A stretch of DNA of 20,000 bases, from the sequence record SRR31156797_2598; one strand, 5' to 3'. Under the pieces are notes generated by a model that saw only the letters and a list, made by a program, of their open reading frames with translations, ran no database searches and was not told the origin of the DNA. Numbering within the stretch: the first letter of the stretch is position 1; every line of letters begins with the position of its first letter. Both the position numbers and the translations under genes were made by a program. Shown here piece after piece: positions 1 to 8,607 of the stretch.

Positions 1-734
1 TGATGATAGATGGCGGTGCGGATATATTCTTTGAATACGGGTTTATAAAAGCAATACAAGCCTCCTATTACGATGACGAAGGGAGAGCCATTATGCTGGA
101 ATTATACGAGATGGAAGAGCCTTCAGCCGCATTCGGCATATATACCTCTAAAACCGGAAACGGCAAAAAAATAAAGCTTGGGGATGGAGGTCTGCTTGAA
201 GACTATTACCTCAGCTTTTGGAAAGGAATTTACTTTGTAACCGTCATAGGATCAGGCGAAGATGAAAAGAGCCAGAAAGATATGATGTCTCTTGCTGAAG
301 CGGTTGAAAATCATATGAGTGCTTCTGCTGGTCTTCCTGAGCTTGCTGAGAAAACCGGAAGGAAACTTTTTGGGGATAAAAAGATCAAATACGTCAAAGG
401 CCCGCTGGGAGTTATGAATGAGTATGTTTTCTCCACAGAAGATATCTTTAAAGTGCAGGAAGGTCTTGTCGGAAAGATAGACGGAGTGAACACATTCCTT
501 TTCAAATATCAGACAGCAGAAAACCGGGCAGATGTTCTGAAAGATGCTATAGTTAAATTTAAATCAAATAAAAAGTATTCTGATTTCGAAAATCAGAAAG
601 ACGTATATATTATGAAAGACAGAGATGGAAACAACATAGCCATGACAGATGCAGGAAAATGTATAATTGTATGTGTCGGCACTGATAAAGATACGGTCAT
701 AAGCTCTTTGATAAAGAAGAAAACTTTGCTTTAG
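1..734 (+). CDS. 5'-truncated conserved hypothetical protein (DUF6599-like, probably exported/lipoprotein)
   Basis: The ORF runs from the window edge and begins IDGGADIFFEYGF...LELYEM...AAFGIY...FWKGIYFV, a pattern I recall from DUF6599-like proteins found beside DUF362/polyferredoxin genes. It ends 9 bp before the next gene. The true start is probably upstream of the window. Confidence 0.55.
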   Translation, partial: MIDGGADIFFEYGFIKAIQASYYDDEGRAIMLELYEMEEPSAAFGIYTSKTGNGKKIKLGDGGLLEDYYLSFWKGIYFVTVIGSGEDEKSQKDMMSLAEAVENHMSASAGLPELAEKTGRKLFGDKKIKYVKGPLGVMNEYVFSTEDIFKVQEGLVGKIDGVNTFLFKYQTAENRADVLKDAIVKFKSNKKYSDFENQKDVYIMKDRDGNNIAMTDAGKCIIVCVGTDKDTVISSLIKKKTLL

Positions 735-743
735 GAGGATCAG

Positions 744-1646
744 ATGGACAGACGGGACTTTCTTAAGAAAACTGTTGCCGCAGGTGCAGCTGTAACGCTT
801 GGTCAGTATAGCAAAATTATTGAGGCCTCACCGTTGGTTCCTTATGATCTAGTAGCTGTGAAAGGCGGTGAGCCTGATGTGATGTTCGACAGAGCCATGC
901 AGTCACTCGGAGGCCTAAGTAATTTTGTCCCGAAAGGTGCGAGAGTGCTTGTTAAGCCTAATATCGGCTGGGACGTAGCACCTGAAAGAGCCGGAAACAC
1001 CAACCCTCTGCTTGTGGGGCATATAGTGAAAAAAGCTCTTGAAGCTGGAGCAAAGGAAGTCACTGTTTTCGATCACTCCTGCGATCACTGGGTGCGGTGC
1101 TATAAAAACAGCGGAATTGAAAAAGCTGTGAAAGACGCAGGCGGCAAAGTAGTCTCCGGCGACAGCAGCAGCTATTACCGTAATGTTTCCATACCTCAAG
1201 GTGTTCGCCTGAAGGAAGCGGAAGTACATGAGCGTTATCTAGACAGCGATGTAGTGATAAATGTCCCTGTTCTGAAGCATCACAGTTCGTCAATGGTAAC
1301 CATAGGTATGAAAAACCTGATGGGCGTTGTATGGGATAGGTTCCATTGGCACAGAAACGACCTCCATCAGTGCATAGCTGATTTTGCCACCTTTCGCAAG
1401 CCGGAACTGACCGTTGTGGATGCATTTAATGTCATGATGAGAAACGGTCCGAGAGGCGTTTCTGTGAACGATGTCAGCCAGATGAAATCCATGATAGTCT
1501 CAAAGGACCCTGTGGCTGCGGATGCTGCTGCTGCGATGCTTTTCGGAGCTGCCCCGGCGGATGTACGCCATATACAGCTTGCTCACGATATGAAGATTGG
1601 CTCTATGAATCTGAAATCTCTTAAAATTGACAGGGTAATAATATAA
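744..1646 (+). CDS. Tat-exported DUF362 domain Fe-S protein
   Basis: Twin-arginine signal MDRRDFLKK followed by a hydrophobic stretch. DUF362 motifs VLVKPNI, NTNP, INVPVLKHH, TIGMKNLMG and DPVAADA are present. RBS AGGAGG lies just upstream. Confidence 0.85.
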   Translation: MDRRDFLKKTVAAGAAVTLGQYSKIIEASPLVPYDLVAVKGGEPDVMFDRAMQSLGGLSNFVPKGARVLVKPNIGWDVAPERAGNTNPLLVGHIVKKALEAGAKEVTVFDHSCDHWVRCYKNSGIEKAVKDAGGKVVSGDSSSYYRNVSIPQGVRLKEAEVHERYLDSDVVINVPVLKHHSSSMVTIGMKNLMGVVWDRFHWHRNDLHQCIADFATFRKPELTVVDAFNVMMRNGPRGVSVNDVSQMKSMIVSKDPVAADAAAAMLFGAAPADVRHIQLAHDMKIGSMNLKSLKIDRVII

Positions 1647-1649
1647 CAT

Positions 1650-2465
1650 ATGAAGTATCTGAAACCAGCAAGGGTAATAGTCTCTTTAACATTTCTGATG
1701 CTTATCGCTGCGTCATTTCTCGATTTTCGTAATTTTGTTCCGGTTGAGATTACAGACAGCGTGACATTCCTTCAGTTCGTACCATCTATGCTGAAACTGT
1801 CAGCAGGATTTTTGATAGTGCTGGCGGTCACTCTGTTATTCGGACGTATATACTGCTCGTCAGTATGTCCATTAGGTACATTACAGGACGTGTTATCTCA
1901 CAAGAAAAAGCCAGAATACAAACTTTCTAAACCACATAACAAACTGCGATTCAGCATGCTTGCGGTAAGTGTATTTACCTTCATAGCAGGTAGCTCTCTG
2001 ATATTAAATCTGCTCGACCCGTTCAGCAGTTTCGGACGCATCTTTTCAAATCTTTTTCGCCCGCTTGTAATAATGCTTAATAATCTGACCGCACCGCTAC
2101 TGGAGTCGAAAGGGATACTGTTTTTATACAGAGTTCAGCGGGGAGAGCCTATTGTCTTTTCGATAGTTTTCGCATCAGCTGTACTTGGTCTCATAGTCTG
2201 GCTCTCTCTGAGGCACGGCAGGCTCTACTGCAATAGCCTCTGCCCCGTGGGGACACTGCTTGGTCTGGTCTCGAAGGTATCAGTTTTCAAGATTGCATTT
2301 GCAGATCACACATGCACAAATTGCGGCAAATGTGCAAAAGCGTGCAAAAGCCAGTGTATTGACATACAAGGCAAAGATGTTGATATGTCCAGATGTGTGA
2401 GCTGTTTTAACTGTTTTTCAGTATGTAATGACAATGCACTGCATTATAAAAGGGCTGCAAAATAA
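1650..2465 (+). CDS. Membrane polyferredoxin, NapH/MauN-like 4Fe-4S binding protein
   Basis: Several TM segments, two CxxxCP motifs (GRIYCSSVCPLG, GRLYCNSLCPVG) and a C-terminal 2x[4Fe-4S] domain (CTNCGKCAKAC, CVSCFNCFSVC). Confidence 0.85.
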   Translation: MKYLKPARVIVSLTFLMLIAASFLDFRNFVPVEITDSVTFLQFVPSMLKLSAGFLIVLAVTLLFGRIYCSSVCPLGTLQDVLSHKKKPEYKLSKPHNKLRFSMLAVSVFTFIAGSSLILNLLDPFSSFGRIFSNLFRPLVIMLNNLTAPLLESKGILFLYRVQRGEPIVFSIVFASAVLGLIVWLSLRHGRLYCNSLCPVGTLLGLVSKVSVFKIAFADHTCTNCGKCAKACKSQCIDIQGKDVDMSRCVSCFNCFSVCNDNALHYKRAAK

Positions 2466-3163
2466 TGAAAACATCAAGAAGAAAATTTATGATAGACAGC
2501 TCAGCTTTCTTTGTCGCTGTTGTTCTGCCGGGGGCGGAAATTTCGCTTAAAGAGATAAAACTCGGCAAGCCTACAACTGTTCCGGTTGTGATGACATCCC
2601 AAATATCGCCGCCTGGTTCGAAGAGTATCAGCAGCTTCACATCCAAATGCACAGCGTGCCACTTGTGCGTAAGCGCATGTCCTACCAGAGTACTCATCCC
2701 TTCGATAACAGAGTTCGGTCTGCACGGTCTGCTTCAGCCTCATATGGGTTTCGAAAGAGGGCACTGCAACTATGAATGCACAGTCTGCATAGATATCTGC
2801 CCCACAGGAGCTATTCAGCCTATAGATGTGGAAGAGAAAAAGCTCACACAGGTCGGAATAGCAAAATTCATTAAAGATAATTGTGTTGTTCATACAGATA
2901 AACTCGCCTGTGGAGCATGCTCCGAGCACTGTCCCACAAAAGCTGTTAAAATGATACCTTACAAAAATGACGTGAATGATAATCTCACCATACCGGAGAT
3001 GCACGAAAAAATCTGTGTAGGTTGCGGAGGCTGTGAATACGCCTGCCCTACCAAGCCTTTTAAAGCTATATATGTGGATGGTAATCCTGTGCATAAAAAG
3101 GCGGAGAAACCAAAGATTGAAAAGCTGAAACCTGTGAATCTTGAAGAGGACTTCCCTTTTTAA
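2465..3163 (+). CDS. NapG/MauM-like 4x[4Fe-4S] ferredoxin-type protein
   Basis: N-terminal SRRKF plus hydrophobic segment, a PPGS motif, and Cys motifs CTACHLCVSACP, CNYECTVCIDICP, CGACSEHCP and CVGCGGCEYACP. Overlaps the upstream stop (TAATG). Confidence 0.85.
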   Translation: MKTSRRKFMIDSSAFFVAVVLPGAEISLKEIKLGKPTTVPVVMTSQISPPGSKSISSFTSKCTACHLCVSACPTRVLIPSITEFGLHGLLQPHMGFERGHCNYECTVCIDICPTGAIQPIDVEEKKLTQVGIAKFIKDNCVVHTDKLACGACSEHCPTKAVKMIPYKNDVNDNLTIPEMHEKICVGCGGCEYACPTKPFKAIYVDGNPVHKKAEKPKIEKLKPVNLEEDFPF

Positions 3164-3167
3164 ATGG

Positions 3168-4181
3168 TCAGTCTATGTTATTTAAATGTTTTTCCCAAAA
3201 CTTAACAGCCTGATCAAGCCAGCCTTCGGCATCTGTCCCCGTACCCAGCCCGAATCCATGCCCTGCAGTTTTATATCTGTGGTATTCCACATCCACTCCG
3301 ACCTTGCGCAGATTCTTAACCCGTATGTCTACTGAAGACACATTCACAATTCTGTCATCTTCGCTCACTGATATGAATGATGGCGGGAAATCTTCCGAAA
3401 AGCTAGATTGCCCGGTATAGGCGATAACTGCCATTGACGGTTTAGGCAGGTTTGCACCTCCGTACACCTCGACACCGCTGACAGAAATATTTCCGACCAT
3501 TCTGGCACCTGCCGAGCCGCCCCAAAGAGAGTAGCCTTTTGTGCCTACGCCTAGAATTTCTGCGTTTTCGAATATAAATGTCACTGCCGCAGCCAGATCC
3601 TCGGTCGCTTTCTGCTGAGAGCCTATCCGGTATCTTATGACAAATGCATTATACCCATTCTTACTTATTTCTGATGCGAGTGGAAATCCTTCATGGAGTG
3701 AACCTACATAGGAAAAACCGCCACCAGGTGAAACAACGGCAAAGGGCGCACTTTTTTCACCACGAAAAAAGAAAAGACCGGTGTTCTCTTTTTCAGGGTC
3801 TTCCTGTTTCTGTTCTTCGCTGTAGTAATTGTAAAAGATGGTTTTACCACTGTTTGCTTCATTAATCATATGATTAAGACCACTCAAAACATCATCCGGT
3901 TTAATATGACTGTGGTAAGGCATGAGAGGTCTGAAGTTGCTTAACTGCAAGTTGAGATAATAGATATCATCCTCTCTGGGGAATATAAGTCTGGCGAAAC
4001 CTTTAAATGCGGGATGTTCCACCATGTCACGCACTGAATTTTCTGTTGTTAAAAGAGTATCACCTGGCATATCTCTCTTTTCTGCATAAAGGCTCACGCT
4101 GACAAGTGTCAGCATGAGCATAATTAATAACTTTATAAGTTTCGTTTTCACATTATTTAGTTTATTTAAGTGTTTTACCAT
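3168..4181 (-). CDS. Exported alpha/beta hydrolase (esterase/lipase-like, BD-FAE-like)
   Basis: PGGGF oxyanion loop, GGSAG nucleophile elbow, Asp in SEDD and His in GHGFG. Signal-peptide-like KTKLIKLLIMLMLTLVSVSLYA. The true start is probably downstream of 4181 (GTG at about 4151 or a later ATG). Confidence 0.8.
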   Translation of the reverse strand: MVKHLNKLNNVKTKLIKLLIMLMLTLVSVSLYAEKRDMPGDTLLTTENSVRDMVEHPAFKGFARLIFPREDDIYYLNLQLSNFRPLMPYHSHIKPDDVLSGLNHMINEANSGKTIFYNYYSEEQKQEDPEKENTGLFFFRGEKSAPFAVVSPGGGFSYVGSLHEGFPLASEISKNGYNAFVIRYRIGSQQKATEDLAAAVTFIFENAEILGVGTKGYSLWGGSAGARMVGNISVSGVEVYGGANLPKPSMAVIAYTGQSSFSEDFPPSFISVSEDDRIVNVSSVDIRVKNLRKVGVDVEYHRYKTAGHGFGLGTGTDAEGWLDQAVKFWEKHLNNID

Positions 4182-5220
4182 AAAACTGAATCAGTTTTGC
4201 CACTGCCTGATTCACGTATTCAGGTTTCCAATATGTCTGGATGTGTGTTGCGCCTTTGATCATAAACAGCTCTTTGTCGTTTGTTCCGTGGGCTTTTTCA
4301 AAAGCGTCCAGTGTCATATAAAGAGAATCTGCTATGTTTCCAGCTATCATCAGCAGAGGCTGATTAATCAGCTCCATATTAGTAGCCGCATCGAAATTCA
4401 TAAGATCAAGCAGGCTACTCATAGTATACCTGAAAGTCGAGTTAGGGTGTGCGTGGGTTTTGTAATAATAGACATACCCTTCACGGTAAAGGTCGTAAGG
4501 GAGCTTCTCTATTTGCTCATCAGTAGGCATCCATGTGGCGGCGTAGATAATTTCACCACCCGCTGCTTCCTGTGCCCTTGCATCTGATGCCTGCTTTAAA
4601 CGTTTCTGTATAGTGTCCACCTGAGAACTCATATATCCGTTACGCCTTACAAGACCAGAGTTGAACATGCTTAAAGTGGCGACAGATTTAAACCTTTTGT
4701 CTGTCTGAGCGGCTTTAAGAGAATAACCGCCACCGCCGCATATGCCGAGAAGTCCCAGATTATTAACATCTACTCCGGCATACTGGGTTATGAAATCAGC
4801 CATACCTCGTATGTCTTCGATACGGTTTGCCGGTTTGTCCACATTGCGGGGCATACCGCCGCTTGCTCCCTGATATGAGGCATCCGCTGCTATAGTGATG
4901 TATCCTGCCTCTGCCAAACGCTGAGCATAAAGTCCTGCGACCTGCTCTTTGATACCGCCGTTAGGGTGCGCCACCACTACAGCCGGATACTTTTCAGCCG
5001 GATTATAGTTTGCGGGGGTGTAGACGTTTGCGGCAATATCTAAGCCGTTCAGCTTGTAAGTGACAGGATGAATGTTTACTTTGCCTTTTACATTTTCTGT
5101 GATTGCGCCTGCATAGGTCAGGGTGAAAGGATTTTTGTTGTAGTCAGCCGCTACCGCTGTTCCTGATACAATGCAGATAACCGCCGCCAACATCATAGAA
5201 CTGACAATTTTTAATTTCAT
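4162..5220 (-). CDS. Exported alpha/beta hydrolase, YcjY-like (Cys nucleophile)
   Basis: Motifs VVAHPNGGIKEQVAGLYAQRLA, DASYQGASGGMPR, GICGGGGY (Cys at the elbow), PLLMIAG and GATHI. Signal peptide ending AVA-A. RBS CAGGAG upstream on the - strand. Confidence 0.85.
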   Translation of the reverse strand: MKLKIVSSMMLAAVICIVSGTAVAADYNKNPFTLTYAGAITENVKGKVNIHPVTYKLNGLDIAANVYTPANYNPAEKYPAVVVAHPNGGIKEQVAGLYAQRLAEAGYITIAADASYQGASGGMPRNVDKPANRIEDIRGMADFITQYAGVDVNNLGLLGICGGGGYSLKAAQTDKRFKSVATLSMFNSGLVRRNGYMSSQVDTIQKRLKQASDARAQEAAGGEIIYAATWMPTDEQIEKLPYDLYREGYVYYYKTHAHPNSTFRYTMSSLLDLMNFDAATNMELINQPLLMIAGNIADSLYMTLDAFEKAHGTNDKELFMIKGATHIQTYWKPEYVNQAVAKLIQFYGKTLK

Positions 5221-5292
5221 TCTGAAATCTCCTGTTTTGAAAATTTAATTTGATCCTTGAAATTAAAATATCACCTGACGTCAGAAAACAGG

Positions 5293-5325
5293 TAGACTGA
5301 TACTCTGTGATTATTGCCTGATTCT
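5293..5325 (-). promoter_or_regulatory. Tandem direct-repeat operator, AraC (YqhC/CmrA-like) type, upstream of the hydrolase pair
   Basis: On the - strand, AGAATCAGGCAA and AGTATCAGTCTA are 9/12 identical and offset by 21 bp, about 70-105 bp upstream of the 5220 start. Confidence 0.55.
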
Positions 5326-5336
5326 ACAAAGAACAC

Positions 5337-5368
5337 CAAAAGCCTACAGTTGCATTTTATCTGTAGGC
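5337..5368 (-). terminator. Putative intrinsic terminator for the regulator-MBL transcript
   Basis: Perfect 8-bp inverted repeat GCCTACAG (5342-5349) / CTGTAGGC (5361-5368) with an 11-nt loop, followed on the - strand by TTTTGG. Confidence 0.5.
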
Positions 5369-5385
5369 GTGGGGATGGCATTAAG

Positions 5386-5419
5386 AAAAGCTCAGATTAA
5401 AGCTGGGCTTTTTTCGTTT
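5386..5419 (+). terminator. Intrinsic terminator-like hairpin (best on + strand, possibly bidirectional)
   Basis: AAAAGCTCAG-attaaag-CTGGGCTTTT followed by TTCGTTT. The stem contains a U-G pair that forms only on the + strand. Confidence 0.55.
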
Positions 5420-5508
5420 AAACTAAAGGCACTATTTTTCATCTGCTAAAAAAATGTCTGATATATAGAATTTTGTATACTGATTCTGCAGGAATACATT
5501 AATTAAAA

Positions 5509-6483
5509 TTATAGGAATTCATTTTCCAGCATAGAAAACTGTTTTTCAAATGGGGAATAAAGATTTACCTGAATAAGTATTTCTTTCAGTATATCTATAT
5601 TAGCTAACATATCTCTGAAGAAGATCATTTCTGATAGCCTTATAAATGCTTCTAAACAATTGTTCTTAATATCTGGAACCATGGTTTCCAACACAGGTAA
5701 AAGATTATCTGAGTACATTTTTTTACCGATTCTTATCATCCTATCTATTGCTTTAGAGATGTAGAATTGTGCCCATGCCTTGTAATCTTTGATGATTGCC
5801 CTATGCCCAGGAAGAAAAAAAGTATCATTTAATTTAGATAGGTTTATAAGAGTATTGCAAAAGTAAGTATAATTTGAAAATCTTTTGTTTGTATTTTCAA
5901 TATCTGCTTCCATAAGGGCTGTTGTAAATACTCCATTGATCATGATGTCGCCAGAAAACAGGAAATTACCATAAGAGTATATAATGTCACTTTGAGAGTG
6001 CCATCTGGAGTATTGGTATGATAAGCCTACGTACTCTAGAATATGGCTGGATTGCTCAAGAATTTCAAATTCCTCAGTAAAAATGACTTCTGGCGAATGC
6101 AAGGCAGCCATTTGTTTTGCTAAGTCTTTAGGGATACCATAATCCATACATATTTTTGTAATTCCCTTGTGCCTTTCTTCCGATCTATTAATAATATTTG
6201 CATCAGTTTGTGAGATGAAGACTTTTGCATTCGATTTGGACAATAAATGCTTAAGTGCTCCTGTATGGTCCATGTGGGTATGTGTCAAAAAGATCATTTC
6301 AAGTTTTGATAAGTCAAAGTGGCTATCAATATAGTCTTTCGTGTTCTGTGTTGGTGATCCGCAGTCTATGAGACAAAATCCTTTTGGTGTATCAATAGAG
6401 TAAAAATGTACTTTCCCAACATTATAAGGAGTTGTGACAGTATGCTGCTTGATTTTTTTCGGTAATATTATGTTGTTATCCAT
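5509..6483 (-). CDS. Metallo-beta-lactamase-fold metallohydrolase
   Basis: Motifs LIDCG, LTHTHMDHTG (HxHxDH), WHSQSD, FSGD and LPGH. Lies 10 bp downstream of the regulator. Confidence 0.85.
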   Translation of the reverse strand: MDNNIILPKKIKQHTVTTPYNVGKVHFYSIDTPKGFCLIDCGSPTQNTKDYIDSHFDLSKLEMIFLTHTHMDHTGALKHLLSKSNAKVFISQTDANIINRSEERHKGITKICMDYGIPKDLAKQMAALHSPEVIFTEEFEILEQSSHILEYVGLSYQYSRWHSQSDIIYSYGNFLFSGDIMINGVFTTALMEADIENTNKRFSNYTYFCNTLINLSKLNDTFFLPGHRAIIKDYKAWAQFYISKAIDRMIRIGKKMYSDNLLPVLETMVPDIKNNCLEAFIRLSEMIFFRDMLANIDILKEILIQVNLYSPFEKQFSMLENEFL

Positions 6484-6493
6484 TTTTATATGC

Positions 6494-8455
6494 CTAGTGT
6501 AAACCTAATTTTTCTAATTTTTGATATAGTGTTTTTCTAGAAATACCCATTTCTTTAGCAACCATAGATTTATTTCCCTTGTATTGTATAAGGAGTCTTT
6601 TTATTTGTTCTTGTTCGTATTGGGAGTAGCTGATGAAGTCGTTAGTATTATTAATTATCGTCTGCTGTTCATGCTTAATAGAATGAGAATGGTAGAGCTC
6701 GTTAGGCAGATCGTGTGCGGTTATTGTCTTTGATTCAACGATATTAACACATCTCTCTATTACATTTCTCATTTCTCTCAGGTTTCCAGGCCAGCTATAA
6801 TTAGTAAAAGTATCCATGACTTCTTTGTCTATATCGATAACCTCTTTCTGGAAGTTATTTGAAAATTGTTTTAAGAAATGTTTAACCAGTAACGGTATAT
6901 CTTCTCTTCTGTTTCTTAAAGGAGGAAGCTCTATTTTTAAAACATTCAATCTGTAGTAGAGGTCACGCCTGAAAGTACCTGCTTCGATACATTCAAGTAA
7001 GTTTTTGTTTGTTGCAGCAATTATTTTGACATCCAGAGCTATTTGGACAGACCCGCCTATCCTTGTAACCATATGGTCTTCTAAAACTCTGAGTAAAACA
7101 GATTGCATATCAAGCGGCATTTCAGAAATTTCATCAAGGAAGAAAGTACCTCCCTCTGCAAGCTCGAATTTACCTGGAGCTCCATTTTTCCTGGCACCTG
7201 TGAATGCTCCTTCTGTATATCCAAAAAGCTCACTTCCGATAAGCTCTTTCGGTATTGCTGCACAATTCAAAGGGATGAATGGTTTCTTACTTCTGTCGCT
7301 GGCATTATGAATGGATTGAGCGAAGAGTTCTTTTCCTGTTCCGCTTTCTCCGGTGATCAAGACAGTGCTCTGACTTTTGGCTGCAGCAATTGCAAATTTC
7401 TTAGCAGTATTAAAGGCATTTGATTCGCCTATGAGAATATCAAAAGAGTAATAAGCCTTTGAATTAGTAATAGTTTGGAATTTTTTTCTAACTTTTTCAT
7501 AGCTATGCATAGTGATTACCATGCCGTATAGTTTTTTGTTTTTCTTTTTTATTGATACACAGTTGACTAGATACTCCCTTTCATGCTCAGGAAGATGTTC
7601 AAATACTATTCTTGTATTTTCTTTACTAGCTCCTGATTCTAGATATTGTTCTGCAAAAGCTAACTCAGGAAATTCTTGCGATAGCTTTTTGCCAGACACT
7701 TCGGCAAGGCTTTTATTAAAAATGTCATATAATCTACCATTCGCTTCAATTATGTATCCTTCTATATTTATAATTATATAAATACCGCCGGCTTCTTTTG
7801 TTATTTCATTTAGGTAGCTATTTTTTATAAAAACATCAGGCAAATGCCTATAACATGATATGAATAGAAATTGGTTAAGAGCATATTTGAATAATGTTTC
7901 AACATATTCGCTATACAAAGCCATAGGAGCAATTATTACTATTGGAGTTGTGCTGTAGAATGAGTTATCAATGGGAGGTACAGCCATTGTTATATAATCT
8001 GTCAGACATTCGCTGTAGTGTTCCTCTCCTTTTACTATTTCCAAATCACCTTTTTCTATCGCTAATGATATTGCAGTTGTTCCAAGAGATTTTTCAGAGA
8101 ATAGTGTACCAAATCGGATGTTTTTTGCTTTAAGTTCGGCGAGAAGTTGTTTGTCACCACCTTTGTTGAAAAGTTCTAAATCATTGTTTAGATAGAGTAT
8201 TGCCGCCCCTGTTTTTTCAAGCAGTTCATGTGTGTTGGAATAGAGAGTTTCCATATGTTTGAATCGATAGACTATTGCAGAGTTAATTTTATCTATAACG
8301 GTTTGCTTTTCAGATACATAAGGTGATTCTGCTGGGTTTACACCTGAGTATTTTGATCTTCTCCATGATTCAACTATTTCTTTCCTTATATAGCTCCCTG
8401 GCTCTTGCCCATCATAGATGAATGATAAGCGGTACTCCTTTAATGTTTTGCTCAT
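6494..8455 (-). CDS. Sigma54-dependent enhancer-binding protein, AcoR/DhaR-like (GAF-PAS-AAA+-Fis HTH)
   Basis: N-terminal IVESWRRS and LGTTAISLA (AcoR-type GAF), a PAS-like segment, GESGTGKE Walker A, ELFGYTEGAFTGA, FLDEI Walker B, FRRDLYYRL, WPGNLREM and HTH GNKSMVAKEMGISRKTLYQKL. Confidence 0.95.
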   Translation of the reverse strand: MSKTLKEYRLSFIYDGQEPGSYIRKEIVESWRRSKYSGVNPAESPYVSEKQTVIDKINSAIVYRFKHMETLYSNTHELLEKTGAAILYLNNDLELFNKGGDKQLLAELKAKNIRFGTLFSEKSLGTTAISLAIEKGDLEIVKGEEHYSECLTDYITMAVPPIDNSFYSTTPIVIIAPMALYSEYVETLFKYALNQFLFISCYRHLPDVFIKNSYLNEITKEAGGIYIIINIEGYIIEANGRLYDIFNKSLAEVSGKKLSQEFPELAFAEQYLESGASKENTRIVFEHLPEHEREYLVNCVSIKKKNKKLYGMVITMHSYEKVRKKFQTITNSKAYYSFDILIGESNAFNTAKKFAIAAAKSQSTVLITGESGTGKELFAQSIHNASDRSKKPFIPLNCAAIPKELIGSELFGYTEGAFTGARKNGAPGKFELAEGGTFFLDEISEMPLDMQSVLLRVLEDHMVTRIGGSVQIALDVKIIAATNKNLLECIEAGTFRRDLYYRLNVLKIELPPLRNRREDIPLLVKHFLKQFSNNFQKEVIDIDKEVMDTFTNYSWPGNLREMRNVIERCVNIVESKTITAHDLPNELYHSHSIKHEQQTIINNTNDFISYSQYEQEQIKRLLIQYKGNKSMVAKEMGISRKTLYQKLEKLGLH

Positions 8456-8484
8456 GTTCCCTACCTCTTACATAAAGATACGCA

Positions 8485-8542
8485 TGTTTCTTTTTGTTTC
8501 CAGATGATACCACTACTGCACAAAAGGTAACACAATTGTTTC
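8485..8542. promoter_or_regulatory. Putative upstream activator sequence (enhancer) 1
   Basis: Half-sites TGTTTC at 8485, 8495 and 8537 and GTAACA at 8527. CAAAAGGTAACAC (8521-8533) recurs as an exact reverse complement at 17307-17319, upstream of the second sigma54 promoter. Confidence 0.7.
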
Positions 8543-8550
8543 TGGGACAG

Positions 8551-8563
8551 AATCAATTGATTG
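8551..8563 (+). promoter_or_regulatory. IHF binding site
   Basis: AATCAATTGATTG matches WATCAA-N4-TTR exactly and lies between the enhancer and the -24/-12 box, the usual position. Confidence 0.65.
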
Positions 8564-8607
8564 TAAACTCTTTTTGATATCAGTGCTTTGACTGATTAAT
8601 ACTATAA

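Noticed and set aside
2501-3094. 197-aa antisense ORF, and the other short shadow ORFs such as 4114-4587, 1060-1425 and 12903-13250
   Set aside because: They overlap well-supported genes on the opposite strand or another frame and show no motifs.
5509-6483. Antibiotic-resistance metallo-beta-lactamase
   Set aside because: No signal peptide and a metabolic context; HxHxDH is shared across the whole superfamily.
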